Under the pieces are notes generated by a model. The model saw only the letters and a program-made list of their open reading frames with translations, ran no database searches and had not been told where the DNA came from. Below, piece after piece: positions 29,967-47,848 of a stretch of 64,000 bases of DNA. The translations under genes were made by a program, and so were the position numbers. Origin of the DNA: Nitrospirota bacterium (GTDB lineage: Bacteria; Nitrospirota; Nitrospiria; 2-01-FULL-66-17). The DNA lies in assembly GCA_049325335.1 (NCBI GenBank), contig JBMOMC010000002.1:192001-256000 (forward strand). The letters run 5' to 3'. Every line of letters starts with the position of its first letter. The stretch's first letter is position 1.

Positions 29967-30713
29967 GTGGTTAAGGGGCAGCGTCTTGAGGTATTCGCAG
30001 TCGGCATGGCACTTTTGGGGTTGGTGGCATTCGGAGGTCGCGACGCATCGGCGTATCCGCTGCTGCAGTTGGATATCGGCGGTGGGGTATACGACTCGGC
30101 GACCCAGACGATTGTCGGAACATCCGACCCGTTTACGTTATACGCCATTCTGACCCCGCGCGAAGGTATGAATGACCAACAGGTGTCTGCGTTGTTGGCT
30201 CAGACCTACTATGTTTCCGCGGCGCTCACTCCGCAGACGGCACCTCCCGGAGGTGACCTTGGAAGTTTTGTATTCAACGGGACGACGGTCAATGCCACTT
30301 CCGACATGTCATTCGGCGTACCGCCGTTGGAGACAAACATCGCGTTTGACTCGGGAGACCTATCCCGGCACGGGATTTTCGAAACGTATTTCAGCGAATT
30401 CGCGTTCACCTTCAATCCGCTCAACACCGCGTTGTCGTACAATACGGCGGAAACGCCGGGCGGCCCGACTGCGGGTTCCGGTTCGTACGTTGCGGCGTTC
30501 ACGGTGGACAGCCGTCTGCTTGCCGGCGGGTATAACTTGCACTTCGACCTGTACGACACGTATCTCAAACAAGGCGACACCGACCGGGATCACTTTGCGC
30601 CGTTTTCGCACGACGCGGAGTGCTGCGTGGAGCGGGTGCCGGAACCCGCCAGCTTGCTGTTGCTCGGTTCCGGGATCGTGGCCTTGGGCGCGTGGAGACG
30701 CTGGAGCGCATAA
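29967..30713 (+). CDS. PEP-CTERM sorting-domain surface protein
   Basis: Signal peptide; C-terminal VPEPASLLLLGSGIVALGAWRR. Confidence 0.9.
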   Translation: MVKGQRLEVFAVGMALLGLVAFGGRDASAYPLLQLDIGGGVYDSATQTIVGTSDPFTLYAILTPREGMNDQQVSALLAQTYYVSAALTPQTAPPGGDLGSFVFNGTTVNATSDMSFGVPPLETNIAFDSGDLSRHGIFETYFSEFAFTFNPLNTALSYNTAETPGGPTAGSGSYVAAFTVDSRLLAGGYNLHFDLYDTYLKQGDTDRDHFAPFSHDAECCVERVPEPASLLLLGSGIVALGAWRRWSA

Positions 30714-30760
30714 GCCGGATTCGCTGGATTGCTCACCGGGTACGTTACCGGATGTTTTCG

Positions 30761-30793
30761 GGCAGGGGACTTCGGTCCCCTGCCTTGTTTTTT
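30761..30793 (+). terminator. Intrinsic terminator
   Basis: GGCAGGGGAC-TTCG-GTCCCCTGCC followed by TTGTTTTTT. Confidence 0.85.
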
Positions 30794-30899
30794 GCGCGCG
30801 CCATGTACACCGCGTCAACATGGGCCGGATATCCGTGCGCCCACGCGTTGCGCGGGCTGAAAATCGCGTGGTACAGTGCAGGCTCACCGGGGACGGGGC

Positions 30900-31832
30900 A
30901 TGCGCTGTCGTTCGCTCGGTACAACGGGTCTGACGGTCTCTGAAATCGGCTTCGGCGGCTGGTCCATCGGCGGGCGGGATTATGGGCCCACGTACGACCG
31001 TGAGTCCGTGGCCGCGATCCGGCGGGCGCTCGAGCTGGGCGTGACGTTCTTCGACACCGCGGACATGTACGGCGACGGCCGTAGCGAGCGGTTGTTCGGC
31101 GAAGCGCTCTCCGGCCTGGCGGGTAAGGTCGTGGTGGCGACCAAGGGCGGGTACGATGTGGCGCGCGGCATGGTGAAGGATTTTTCGCGCGCCCATCTGG
31201 AAAGAGCCGTGGCCGCGAGCCTTCAGCGCCTCAAGGTCGATGTCATCGACCTGTATCAGTTGCACAACCCGTCGATTGAGTTGCTCAAGGGCGCGGAGGT
31301 ATTCGAGATCGTGGAGGATTTTCAGCGACGCGGCCTGATCCGGCACTACGGGGTCTCGGTGAGCGACGCGGAGTCTGCGCGGCTGGTCATGGGCCGCGGG
31401 AGCGCGGCCACGCTGCAACTGGTCCACAACTTGTTGCGACCGCAGATCCTGCACACGATTGCTCCGGACGTGGAGCGCGCGGGCATCGGGATCATCGTGC
31501 GCACCCCCATTGAATACGGAATGCTCTCGGGCAAATACCGGGTGGGCGCGCACTTTCACGCCGCAGATCATCGCGCCGCGCGCTGGACGCCTGAGCAGTT
31601 CGCCGCGTTGCTCGCGCGAGTCGAGCAGTTCCAATTTCTGGTCCACGGCGCGGTCAAGACCTTAGCGGAGGCGGCGGTGCGGTACGTGTTGACGTCGCCG
31701 ATGGTATCGACCGTGATTCCCGGCATCAAAACGCCGACGCAGATCGAAGAGTTCGTCCGCGCGAGCGATCCGCCGTACGTTGCCGGCGACGAATTGCATC
31801 GCATCGCGGTTCTTCAAGGGAGGGCATCGTAG
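30900..31832 (+). CDS. Aldo/keto reductase
   Basis: VSEIGFG, FDTADMYG, IDLYQLH, IPG. Confidence 0.92.
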   Translation: MRCRSLGTTGLTVSEIGFGGWSIGGRDYGPTYDRESVAAIRRALELGVTFFDTADMYGDGRSERLFGEALSGLAGKVVVATKGGYDVARGMVKDFSRAHLERAVAASLQRLKVDVIDLYQLHNPSIELLKGAEVFEIVEDFQRRGLIRHYGVSVSDAESARLVMGRGSAATLQLVHNLLRPQILHTIAPDVERAGIGIIVRTPIEYGMLSGKYRVGAHFHAADHRAARWTPEQFAALLARVEQFQFLVHGAVKTLAEAAVRYVLTSPMVSTVIPGIKTPTQIEEFVRASDPPYVAGDELHRIAVLQGRAS

Positions 31833-31907
31833 AACAAAATGGGACAATGGATGGTCCGTCTTATGGAGTGCGATGACCGCGCACACGCTCCATCCCGAGG
31901 ACGCGCC

Positions 31908-34040
31908 ATGAAAACCGTGAACGTTGGATGGTGGATGCTGGCCGGAGCCCTACTGGCGTCCGCCGGTTGTACGACCCAACCCGAGACTGCGGCAAACAGC
32001 GACGAACAACACACCGCCCTGTCGCTGGCCGCACTCACATTGACGCCGTCGTCGGATTGCACGGACCTCAAAAGGTACTTGGAGGCGTCGTGGCTTGAAC
32101 GCCTGATTTCGCCGCCCATCTCATACGCTCGCGACACCGACGGTGCGCCCGCGGTCCAGGGCGGCGTTGCGCCGGCGGGTGCGGAGTCCGCCGTGCCGGA
32201 TGACGTGTCCCAGACCAACACCCATGAAGCGGGAGTGGACGAGGCGGATCTCGTGAAAGCGGACCAGAACGGCTATCTCTATGCGGTCAGCAACGGGTTT
32301 CTGATCGTGGAGCGGGGATTCCCACCCCGGGAATTGCGCGAGGTCTCGCGGGTGGATTTGGACGCGCACGGGTACGCCGTGTATCTGGATGAGGTGAACC
32401 GCCGTGTGGTGGTGGTCGCGATCAACCGTCAGACGTATCCGTTCCGGTCGGCGATCGCTGATACGACGATGATCCTTCCCGAGCCCGCGGCGCCCAAGGT
32501 CGTGGTGATTTTCGTGGATGTGGGTGACCCCGCCGCGCCCGTGATTACCGACCGATTGTCGCTCGACGGGTACGCGGTGGGAACCAGGCGGGTGGACGAT
32601 CGGATTCATGTGGTCTCGCGGTTTTGGATTCCCGAGCCCGCGGCGCTCGAAGGCAATTCGCTGCTCCGGGATTTGGCCCAACAGTATCAGGCGGCGGAGA
32701 ACGCTCAGCGAGCCGATGACGCGGAGCGGATCAAACAGGAGATGCGCGACGAGATCCGCGCCGCGGTGCACGCGCTGGACGCGGGGTCGCTGCTGCCGCA
32801 GGCCGAACGGCTCGGCGGAGACGTCCAACTTCTCACGTGCGCGGATGTCTACCGACCGGACGTGCAGCTCGATCCGGGCCTGCTGACGGTCACGAGCGTG
32901 GATACCGACGGCGAGAACGCGTCGGCGGTCGGGATCATGAACAATGCGTGGACCGTGTATGCGAGCCCGGAGCACCTGTATGTGTCGCAATCCAGCGGGG
33001 GATGGTGGTGGCCCGGGGCGGAGGCGCAACAGACCGCGATCTACAAGTTTGCGTTGTCGGGCTGGCGTCCTGAATACCGCGCGACCGGGACGGTCGACGG
33101 CTGGGTAAAAGACCAATTCAGCTTCAGTGAATATCAAGGATACTTGCGGGTGGCGAGCACCGAGGCCCGCATCAACACGGCCACCCATCAGTGGCAGCCG
33201 ACCAACCACCTGTTCGTGCTCGGAGACGCGGGAGACGGCGCGCTCGATGTGGCGGGATCGGTCAGAGATTTCGGCGCCGGTGAGCGGATTTTCGCCGTGC
33301 GGTTCTTGGAGGATCGCGGGTTCGTGGTGACGTTTCGGCAGATCGATCCCTTGTTCGCGTTTGATCTTTCCGATCCGACCACTCCGGTTCTCAAGGGTGA
33401 AACGGAAATCCCGGGTGTGAGTACGTATCTGCACCCGATTGATGGCGACCATCTCCTGACCGTGGGGCGGGTGGGCGGCAATGTCCAACTCCAGATCTTC
33501 GACGTTCGCGACCTGGCGAACCCGGTGCGAACCCACCAGTACGTGCCGCCTGGAGCCGCGTTCAGCTACAGCGGCGCGGAGGATGACCACTTGGCGGTTA
33601 TGTACTACGCGCCGCGCAAGCTACTGGTGATGCCGTTGGTCACCGCCAATGCGGACGCCTACTTCAGCGGGATGGCGGCGTACCGGGTCGGCGTCGAGGA
33701 GGGCTTCACGGAATTGGGCCGCGTCGATCACGCCGATCTCGCTAAGGAGGCCTATTGCAGTGCGATCCAACGTGATGACGCGTGGCGTTCCGACGCGTGT
33801 GCGAACGGGTGGTACCTGTGGGGCGCGGTGCCGCGGCGATCGATCATCATGACCGGCGGCGACGAAACGTACCTCTACAGCGTGTCGGACATCGGGATCA
33901 AGGCCACCGAGGTCGAGGCTCCGGACGTGACCCTCGGACGCGTCCTGTTTCCCAATGCAGGACCGTCGTGGTGGGGGTGGTTCGGCTTTCTGGGTGCGCC
34001 GGTCAACGTGTCTGGAGCGGAGTCGGGTGGGGTGGGATGA
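31908..34040 (+). CDS. Secreted beta-propeller domain lipoprotein
   Basis: Lipobox SAGC; TNTHEAGVDEADLVK, ERIFAVRF, VTFRQIDPLF, IPGVSTYLHP. Confidence 0.85.
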   Translation: MKTVNVGWWMLAGALLASAGCTTQPETAANSDEQHTALSLAALTLTPSSDCTDLKRYLEASWLERLISPPISYARDTDGAPAVQGGVAPAGAESAVPDDVSQTNTHEAGVDEADLVKADQNGYLYAVSNGFLIVERGFPPRELREVSRVDLDAHGYAVYLDEVNRRVVVVAINRQTYPFRSAIADTTMILPEPAAPKVVVIFVDVGDPAAPVITDRLSLDGYAVGTRRVDDRIHVVSRFWIPEPAALEGNSLLRDLAQQYQAAENAQRADDAERIKQEMRDEIRAAVHALDAGSLLPQAERLGGDVQLLTCADVYRPDVQLDPGLLTVTSVDTDGENASAVGIMNNAWTVYASPEHLYVSQSSGGWWWPGAEAQQTAIYKFALSGWRPEYRATGTVDGWVKDQFSFSEYQGYLRVASTEARINTATHQWQPTNHLFVLGDAGDGALDVAGSVRDFGAGERIFAVRFLEDRGFVVTFRQIDPLFAFDLSDPTTPVLKGETEIPGVSTYLHPIDGDHLLTVGRVGGNVQLQIFDVRDLANPVRTHQYVPPGAAFSYSGAEDDHLAVMYYAPRKLLVMPLVTANADAYFSGMAAYRVGVEEGFTELGRVDHADLAKEAYCSAIQRDDAWRSDACANGWYLWGAVPRRSIIMTGGDETYLYSVSDIGIKATEVEAPDVTLGRVLFPNAGPSWWGWFGFLGAPVNVSGAESGGVG

Positions 34041-34053
34041 ACTGCAACGGGGC

Positions 34054-34548
34054 GTGACGTTCTGCGCGCACTGCGGCGGGCAACTGCTGGTGCGGCCGCA
34101 GGCGTCGGACCAGCGGCCGCGCCCGGTGTGCTCGTCGTGCGGGCGCATCGTATACCTCGATCCCAAAGTCGCGGTCGGCGCCGTGATTCCGCACGACGGC
34201 GGGCTGGTTCTGCTCAAACGCGGAATCGAACCCGGGTACGGGAAGTGGGTGTTCCCCGGCGGGTTCGTGGATCGTGGCGAAACCTTGGAAGAAGCGGCCG
34301 CGCGCGAGACGTTCGAAGAAGTCGGCTTGGAGGTCACGGCCGATCGCTTGCTCGGCGCGTATTCCTACCGCGAGTTTCCGGTCGTGATCGTGGTCTACGT
34401 GGCCCGCGTCACGGGTGGCCGGTTGGCGGCCGGAGACGAAACGCTGGAAACGAGAACATTTTCAGTCGCCGATCTACCATGGCCGGAGTTGGCGTTCGAG
34501 AGCACCCGGCACGCGTTACACGATTATCTGAAACAACACGACGGATAA
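34054..34548 (+). CDS. NUDIX hydrolase with N-terminal Zn ribbon
   Basis: FCAHCG...CSSCG; Nudix box GGFVDRGETLEEAAARETFEEVG; start approximate. Confidence 0.9.
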   Translation: MTFCAHCGGQLLVRPQASDQRPRPVCSSCGRIVYLDPKVAVGAVIPHDGGLVLLKRGIEPGYGKWVFPGGFVDRGETLEEAAARETFEEVGLEVTADRLLGAYSYREFPVVIVVYVARVTGGRLAAGDETLETRTFSVADLPWPELAFESTRHALHDYLKQHDG

Positions 34549-34557
34549 AGGAGCCGC

Positions 34558-34848
34558 ATGGTCACGAATTACGAAGTGGACGCGTTTATCAGCTCGCTGC
34601 GGGACGAAGGGGCCGAGGTGCAGGGCCTGATCAAGAATTTTCTCAAGGTGCTCGACGACGCGCATAATCCTGACCTGGCCGCGGCCCGCAAACGGCTGCG
34701 GGAGCTGATGCAGCGCGACGCGGAGATCGGGAAGCACCAACAGGTGTGGCCGCTGCTCGCGCCGTGGTTGGTTGAAGCCCCGACGCCAGCCAAGCCGAGC
34801 AAGCCGAAGGGCACGGTCATCAAGGACATCGGTGTGGCGCCGCCGTAG
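34558..34848 (+). CDS. Hypothetical protein
   Basis: AAGGAG RBS, typical codon usage. Confidence 0.7.
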   Translation: MVTNYEVDAFISSLRDEGAEVQGLIKNFLKVLDDAHNPDLAAARKRLRELMQRDAEIGKHQQVWPLLAPWLVEAPTPAKPSKPKGTVIKDIGVAPP

Positions 34849-34857
34849 GGTCGGTCG

Positions 34858-37014
<2,157 letters not shown>

Positions 37015-37166
37015 TCAGTGCCAGCGCAGAGCGCACGATGCACATTCTACCCATCCCGCGAAGTGGTCACAAGCGTCGGGCGTCGGCACGCGTCGATCCC
37101 AGAGACGTGCCGAGCAACACCTGCGGCCGTGACCGAGGTCAAGGTCGTCAGAGGTCGGGAGGCGTG

Positions 37167-37640
37167 TTACTGGGTCGTGCTCCCCCATCCGACGCGGTGG
37201 GGCACTTGGAAATGGATCGTCGCGCGTAGGCGCTGGAAATACCACGCGCCGTCGCGCCGACGGTACTCCTCGTCGTACTCGGCCAGCAGCCATGCGGCTT
37301 GACCGTCGCTGAGTCGATGCGGCATCAAGATCCACCAGTGCCCGGTGGCCTCGGTGCCGGTGTTCGCCACGTCGATGGTTTCGTTCATGACCAGGTGCTC
37401 GGCAAACGGAATAGCTGCTGAAATCTGCTGAAAAAAGTCCCGAATCGCGGCACGACCGGTGTAGGTGCCGAACGGGCCCGCGTCCCACACCGCGTCGTCA
37501 AGGAACAGCGCGGACAACCCGTCGGGATCGTATCCGCGATCACAGAGTGTGCAATACCGGTGTTTGAGCCGACGAATGGCCTCGATGTGCTCGAGCCGCT
37601 CGATGCGCGCCGCGAGATCGGAGTTCGAAGGGGCGGACAT
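37167..37640 (-). CDS. SnoaL/NTF2-like protein
   Basis: IEAIRRLKHRYC...D...LF.DDAVW...YDEEYRR.DG.W. Confidence 0.85.
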   Translation of the reverse strand: MSAPSNSDLAARIERLEHIEAIRRLKHRYCTLCDRGYDPDGLSALFLDDAVWDAGPFGTYTGRAAIRDFFQQISAAIPFAEHLVMNETIDVANTGTEATGHWWILMPHRLSDGQAAWLLAEYDEEYRRRDGAWYFQRLRATIHFQVPHRVGWGSTTQ

Positions 37641-37809
37641 GTCGTTCGCTCAGACCACGTGGTGATGAGGAAACCGATCAGCGACCGGCCTGCCGAATAG
37701 CCGTCGCATTGCGGCCATCCAGGTGCGGCATGTCAAGGCGGGAACAGAAGGGCTTGGGATTGTCTGATTGTTAAAATTTTTCGGAGTTTTTTTTGCGCGA
37801 AACAATTGC

Positions 37810-37948
37810 TTGACTTCCACGACGGCCTTTTGCTATAAACCCGCCTCTCACAACGAACGCGTCGAGCTGTCGGAAGAAAAATTGCTTGACACTGAGATAT
37901 CTCGTGTGATCTAATCACGCGTTCGCAGCACGAATCGCTCTTTGAAAA
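37810..37948 (+). promoter_or_regulatory. Tandem rRNA promoters and boxA
   Basis: TTGACT-18-TATAAA (37810), TTGACA at 37886, boxA-like CGCTCTTTGAAAA; second boxA GTTCTTTGACAA at 40061. Confidence 0.7.
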
Positions 37949-38032
37949 CTGAATAGGATGTCGGGAACGCGAAGCGGGTCTATTCAATTTCTGTAAACCT
38001 TGCTCAACGAGCAAAGGATAGCTTTCACGATT

Positions 38033-39597
<1,565 letters not shown>

Positions 39598-39755
39598 GGA
39601 GACGTTCGTGATGGCCTCGCTTCGGCGAGGGGTATCACGCCAGTCTCTGGTCGATCCCGCTTTGCACCCGACATCCTATTGAGCGTTCGAAGGCACGTGG
39701 GCCTTCGGAGTCGCCGTTGACGGCGCCTCTCGACGGGAGAATGACGTCCAGATAC

Positions 39756-39832
39756 GGGCCTATAGCTCAGTTGGTTAGAGCACACGCCTGATAAGCGTGA
39801 GGTCCCTGGTTCAACTCCAGGTAGGCCCACCA
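39756..39832 (+). tRNA. tRNA-Ile(GAT)
   Basis: Cloverleaf GGGCCTATAGCTCAG...CTGATAA...GGCCCACCA. Confidence 0.98.
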
Positions 39833-39867
39833 CACCGAGCTTGCTGAGCGCAACTGGCTTGGCAGTC

Positions 39868-39940
39868 GGGGCTGTAGCTCAGTTGGGAGAGCACCTGCTT
39901 TGCAAGCAGGGGGTCGGCGGTTCGATCCCGCTCAGCTCCA
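39868..39940 (+). tRNA. tRNA-Ala(TGC), CCA not encoded
   Basis: GGGGCTGTAGCTCAG...TTTGCAA...CAGCTCCA. Confidence 0.98.
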
Positions 39941-40145
39941 CTGCTCGCGGATCGCGGGCAGGATGGGAGTAGGGATGGGATCTCGACGCAACGGCTCGGC
40001 AGCCGATCGATTCGATCGAGCGCAACACGTGGCAGTTCGCACCGGGTCATCGGTGCAGCGGTTCTTTGACAACTGAATAGATGGCACAATCGCGTTTTTT
40101 CCATGTGCAGTAGAACAAAGCCTCAGTGATCAGAGGCAACGATTT

Positions 40146-43156
<3,011 letters not shown>

Positions 43157-43198
43157 TTTCGTGCCTTTGATCAGTGCGGTTTTGTGCGATTGTGCGGT

Positions 43199-43318
<120 letters not shown>

Positions 43319-43324
43319 TAACAT

Positions 43325-43367
43325 CACGAGCCCTTCCTGACATTCAGGAAGGGCTCGTGTCATTTTT
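43325..43367 (+). terminator. rRNA operon terminator
   Basis: CACGAGCCCTTCCTGA/TCAGGAAGGGCTCGTG stem followed by T run. Confidence 0.85.
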
Positions 43368-43485
43368 GCGCTCGCCCGTGGCGGCCGCATGACGCGTTGA
43401 TTTGCCGCGGCTGCTGGTTGTATGATGCCCCGGCCGTTTGGACCAACCCGGCTGTGTGGGCCGCGATTCCGTCGGAGGACGCTTC

Positions 43486-44865
43486 ATGCCCGAACGCATT
43501 TTGGTCGTGGACGATGATGCTCAGGCGCGGGACGTGTTGGCCTATGCGTTACGGCGTCACGGCTACGACGTCACGGAACGCGCTGATCCGGCCGACGCCA
43601 TCCAAGCGTGTCGCGACACCCCCTTCGACGTCCTGTTTACCGATCTGAAAATGCCGGGGATGGACGGGGTCGCCCTGTTCCAGCAGGCGCGCGCGATCCT
43701 TCCGCGGTTGGTGGGGATCGTGGTCACCGGACACGGCACGATCGATTCGGCCGTCCGCGCGCTCCGGGAAGGGCTGTTCGACTATATCACCAAGCCGTTT
43801 CTGGTGGACGAGGTCGTCGCCGCGCTGCAACGCGCGTTGGAATTTCGTCGGTTGGTCGACGAAAACAAATCGCTGAAGCGACAGCTCCAGACCAAATACC
43901 ATTACGATCGCTTTTTGGGGCACAGCGAGGCCATGGCCCGCGTGTTTTCGCTGATCGAGCGGGTCGCCGAGACCGACAGCACCGTGCTGATCCTCGGCGA
44001 AAGCGGCACGGGCAAGGAATTGGTCGCGCGGACCATCCACTTTAACGGTCCGCGTGCGGACAAGCCGTTGATCCCGGTCAACTGCGGCGCGATCCCGGAC
44101 TCCTTATTGGAGAGCGAACTGTTCGGGCACGAACGCGGGGCGTTTACCGGCGCGCACGCCACCAGGATCGGACGGTTCGAACTGGCCCACGGCGGCACGA
44201 TCTTTCTGGATGAGATCGGCGACATGAGTCAGACCCTGCAGGTCAAGCTGCTGCGGGTGCTGCAAGAGCGGTGTTTTGAGCGCGTCGGGGGGACCAAGAC
44301 GATCCAGGTTGACGTGCGGGTGTTGGCCGCCACGAATCGCGATCTCGAACAGGCGGTGCGCGAGGGGCGTTTTCGCGAGGATTTGTATTACCGGCTGAAC
44401 GTGATCCCGATCATCATTCCTCCGCTGCGTGATCGTACCGAGGATATTCCGCTGTTGTTCGAGCATTTCCTGGAATCCTTCAACGCTCAGAAACACAAGG
44501 CCGTTTCAGGCATCGCGCCCGAGGCGATGCGTCGGTTGGTCACGTATGCCTGGCCCGGCAATGTCCGCGAGTTGGAAAACCTGGTCGAGCGGTTGGTGAT
44601 TCTGAAGGGCCAGGGCCTCCTGACGCTGGAGGATCTGCCCGACAAAGTGGTCCGCGGCGATTCGCCGGCCGTGCCGGTGGTAGTGTTTCCGGCGGACGGC
44701 GTGGATTTGAACCGGTTGGTCGAGGCGTTTGAGGAAGATTTGATTCAGCGCGCGCTCAAGGCGGCCGGCGGCGTGAAGAATCGGGCGGCGCAGTTGCTGC
44801 GCCTCAATCGGACCACGTTGGTGGAGAAGATGAAAAAGGCCGCGCGCACGATGCCGCACCACTAG
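43486..44865 (+). CDS. sigma54-dependent response regulator (NtrC/FleR-like)
   Basis: REC domain, [14 protein letters not shown], Fis-type HTH. Confidence 0.95.
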   Translation: MPERILVVDDDAQARDVLAYALRRHGYDVTERADPADAIQACRDTPFDVLFTDLKMPGMDGVALFQQARAILPRLVGIVVTGHGTIDSAVRALREGLFDYITKPFLVDEVVAALQRALEFRRLVDENKSLKRQLQTKYHYDRFLGHSEAMARVFSLIERVAETDSTVLILGESGTGKELVARTIHFNGPRADKPLIPVNCGAIPDSLLESELFGHERGAFTGAHATRIGRFELAHGGTIFLDEIGDMSQTLQVKLLRVLQERCFERVGGTKTIQVDVRVLAATNRDLEQAVREGRFREDLYYRLNVIPIIIPPLRDRTEDIPLLFEHFLESFNAQKHKAVSGIAPEAMRRLVTYAWPGNVRELENLVERLVILKGQGLLTLEDLPDKVVRGDSPAVPVVVFPADGVDLNRLVEAFEEDLIQRALKAAGGVKNRAAQLLRLNRTTLVEKMKKAARTMPHH

Positions 44866-45002
44866 CGCGGGCCGCTCACACCGTTCCTCCGCGGCGTTGC
44901 CGCCGCGCGGGGCATTCCGCCCCATCCCCTCACGCGCCCCTCCGCGCGGCGTTTCTCCGCGATACTTGTCAGACGAAAACCTTTTGTTACACTCAATCGC
45001 GT

Positions 45003-45470
45003 ATGGCAATCCCACGACACACGCACTCGACCGACGGCGCCGAGGACTCGGGCGTCATCGACTTTGCGCGTCGGGTCGAGCAGGGGTTGAGCGAAGACCT
45101 CAAGCGCCTCCATGCGGACCTGATCGAAGAGGAGAGTCGGCTCACCGCGCTGGAGGAGATTCGTCGGCATTCCATGCGCGACTTCGAGACGCTGAGCGAA
45201 CAAGGCGTCACCACGATTGAAGCCGCGATGTACTACACCCTGTTCCATCACTTAACGCAAGAGATCTCGATGCAGGGGCGCCTCGTGGTCAACGCGCGAC
45301 TCCGGGTGTCCGACAAACAAACCGCGGTACGGGCCGCGCGAGAAGACCGGCTGGTTGCCGAACGACGGTACAGCGGGCCCGCGTCCCCCGGGATGCGCCA
45401 GGTCTCGGCCACTCCGTCGCGCTGCGGGGCCTGGGCGTCTCACCGGCCCGCGCTGAAGAAAGCGTCGTGA
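45003..45470 (+). CDS. FliJ-like coiled-coil protein (divergent)
   Basis: VIDF.RR.E...Y..F...L...I..Q...V..A...V..K......A..DR...E pattern. Confidence 0.5.
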   Translation: MAIPRHTHSTDGAEDSGVIDFARRVEQGLSEDLKRLHADLIEEESRLTALEEIRRHSMRDFETLSEQGVTTIEAAMYYTLFHHLTQEISMQGRLVVNARLRVSDKQTAVRAAREDRLVAERRYSGPASPGMRQVSATPSRCGAWASHRPALKKAS

Positions 45471-45507
45471 GCGAGCCAGCAGTAACTGCCAGTGGGTTGT
45501 TCACTGG

Positions 45508-47286
45508 GTGCCGCGACGCGTTATCCTATCCGCCGTGGTTCGCGACATGGAGCATGGAGTAAGACCGACAGCAGGGACCGGAGGGTTGGCTTGGCCGCGG
45601 CGGGACCCGTCCATTGGGACCAAGGGTTTCATCCGGCGGCTCATCATCGCGTTTGGGTTGATCGTCCTTCTCCCGTTGTTGGTGATGGTGTATCTCCACA
45701 CCCACGGCCGGGAAGTCTCGTTCCCCCTCATTCTGTTCAGCACGTCGGCGGTCTCGATCCTCGGTTTTTACGTGGTGTGGGAGATGATGACCCGCGTGAT
45801 CGCGCTGCTCCAAGACATTAGACGGCCCAACGGGAACACGCATGATGTGGATCAGCATTCGGTGGGGGACGAACAGTCGGTCTCGCAACTGATCCACCGG
45901 ATGCAGGCAAATATGGCGGAGCTTGAAACCAAAGCCAGCCTGCTCGATGAAACCGAACGACGGTTAGGCGACGCGACCATGTATTCGGCGCAGGTCATCG
46001 CGTCGATTCCCGATTTTGTGATCGTGACCACCCCCCAATTGGAGATGAAGACAGTCAACGCGTCGATTCAAACCGGGCTTGGGTATCAAGCCGATGAGCT
46101 GAGTGGTCGTCCGATCGAAACCCTCGTGCGGGGAACGGCCGGTGGAGACATGTTGCTCACGTCGCAAGAGATGGATCAACTCACGCAGGCGGGAATGCTC
46201 TGGGGCAAGAGCGGGATGTTGCGGAGCCGAGATGGGGAGGGCATTCCAGTCCAGATCAACTTCTCGGTGATCAAGGACGTGGCCGGTCGATTGAACGGTA
46301 TCGTCATTGTCGCGCGCGACATCCGAGAGACGCTGCGGTTGGTGGCGGATCTTCAACAAGCGAAGGCCACGCTGGAGGAACGAGTCAGGCAACGTACCGT
46401 GGAGATCGAAGACGCGTTGCGCGAGCGGGAGAAGGCGCACCGTGAGCTTACGCGGAAGGACGATCAACTCATCCGTCAGGAAAAAATGGCTTCGTTGGGA
46501 CAGCTCGCTGCGGGCGTTGCCCATGAGATCAATAATCCGGTTGGGTTTGTCAACAGTAACCTCCAGATGCTGCAGACGTACCTGGGTGATCTCACCCAAT
46601 ACGCTGAACGCACCAGGGCATTACTTGCCCAACTGGCCGGCGGTAACTTACGGGCATCGGAGGTCGAGCAGGTCCGAAACCTTGTTCAATGGGGTGAACA
46701 GGTGCAACTGCCTCAGACAATCGAGGATGCGAGACAGTCCGTGATGGAATCGATCGAAGGCCTTCATCGGGTCAAGAAGATCGTGTCGGCGCTCCGGGAA
46801 TTCTCCCACGCGGATCAGGACGAGCCGGCGTGGTCAGACCTAAATGAGGGGCTGGAAAGTACGATCAATATTGTATGGAACGAATTGAAGTATAAGGTCA
46901 CGCTCCATCGTGATTTCGGCGCCCTCCCCAAGGTGCTGTGTTACCCGCATCAGGTGAACCAGGTTTTCATGAACCTCCTGATGAATGCGGCGCAAGCGAT
47001 TCCGGATCGCGGAGAGATCTGTGTGAAGACCTGGGCTACCGCCGACAGTGTATTCATCGATATCCGCGATACGGGCACAGGGATATCCGAGGAACACCTC
47101 TCCAAAATTTTCGACCCGTTTTTTACGACGAAGCCCATCGGGCATGGTACGGGGTTGGGATTGAGCATCGTGTACGGAATCGTTGAGCGTCATGGGGGCG
47201 GTATCCGAGTCGACAGTGCGAAGGGTGAAGGGACGACGTTCCACGTGTCGTTCCCCATCGAACGCGTAGTGAAAGTCGCCGCCTGA
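45508..47286 (+). CDS. PAS-domain sensor histidine kinase
   Basis: 2 TM, PAS, AHEINNP H-box, N/G1/F/G2 boxes. Confidence 0.92.
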   Translation: MPRRVILSAVVRDMEHGVRPTAGTGGLAWPRRDPSIGTKGFIRRLIIAFGLIVLLPLLVMVYLHTHGREVSFPLILFSTSAVSILGFYVVWEMMTRVIALLQDIRRPNGNTHDVDQHSVGDEQSVSQLIHRMQANMAELETKASLLDETERRLGDATMYSAQVIASIPDFVIVTTPQLEMKTVNASIQTGLGYQADELSGRPIETLVRGTAGGDMLLTSQEMDQLTQAGMLWGKSGMLRSRDGEGIPVQINFSVIKDVAGRLNGIVIVARDIRETLRLVADLQQAKATLEERVRQRTVEIEDALREREKAHRELTRKDDQLIRQEKMASLGQLAAGVAHEINNPVGFVNSNLQMLQTYLGDLTQYAERTRALLAQLAGGNLRASEVEQVRNLVQWGEQVQLPQTIEDARQSVMESIEGLHRVKKIVSALREFSHADQDEPAWSDLNEGLESTINIVWNELKYKVTLHRDFGALPKVLCYPHQVNQVFMNLLMNAAQAIPDRGEICVKTWATADSVFIDIRDTGTGISEEHLSKIFDPFFTTKPIGHGTGLGLSIVYGIVERHGGGIRVDSAKGEGTTFHVSFPIERVVKVAA

Positions 47287-47313
47287 TGATCGGAGTATGG
47301 GAGTGAGCAGGTC

Positions 47314-47841
47314 ATGAGTCAGAAGCCAACGATCTTGGTGGTCGACGATGAACCAGCGGTTCGCGCATCGCTTCGCCGGTTGTTTGCCCGTGAGCAGTAC
47401 GCGGTGCTGGAGGCCGGAGGAGTGCAGGAAGCAATCATGTCGATGGGGACGGCCCAGGTCGACCTCGTCATTACGGATTATGCCATGCCCGATGGAACCG
47501 GACTGGATCTCCTGTTAATGCTGAAACAGCGATACCCCCATGTGGTTCGAATGATCATCACGGGGAAAGCGGATCTGAACGCGGTCATTGCGGCGATCAA
47601 TGATGGTCATGTATACCGATTCGTGTTAAAGCCGTGGGACAACGAGGACCTGTGCCTATCGGTACGATTGGCACTGGAACAAGCCAAACTTCTGTCAGAG
47701 AAGCGAGAACTCGTCGGACGGTTGGAGGACCAAGAGCGAACTTTACGGACGCTTGCCAAGCAGTATCCGGGGATTACGGCGGTCGACTGGGACGCGGACG
47801 GCGCGATCGTGCTTGATGATCCCGACGAGGAGGCAGCGTGA
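47314..47841 (+). CDS. Response regulator
   Basis: VVDDE, TDYAMP, KPW. Confidence 0.9.
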   Translation: MSQKPTILVVDDEPAVRASLRRLFAREQYAVLEAGGVQEAIMSMGTAQVDLVITDYAMPDGTGLDLLLMLKQRYPHVVRMIITGKADLNAVIAAINDGHVYRFVLKPWDNEDLCLSVRLALEQAKLLSEKRELVGRLEDQERTLRTLAKQYPGITAVDWDADGAIVLDDPDEEAA

Positions 47842-47848
47842 GGAACAC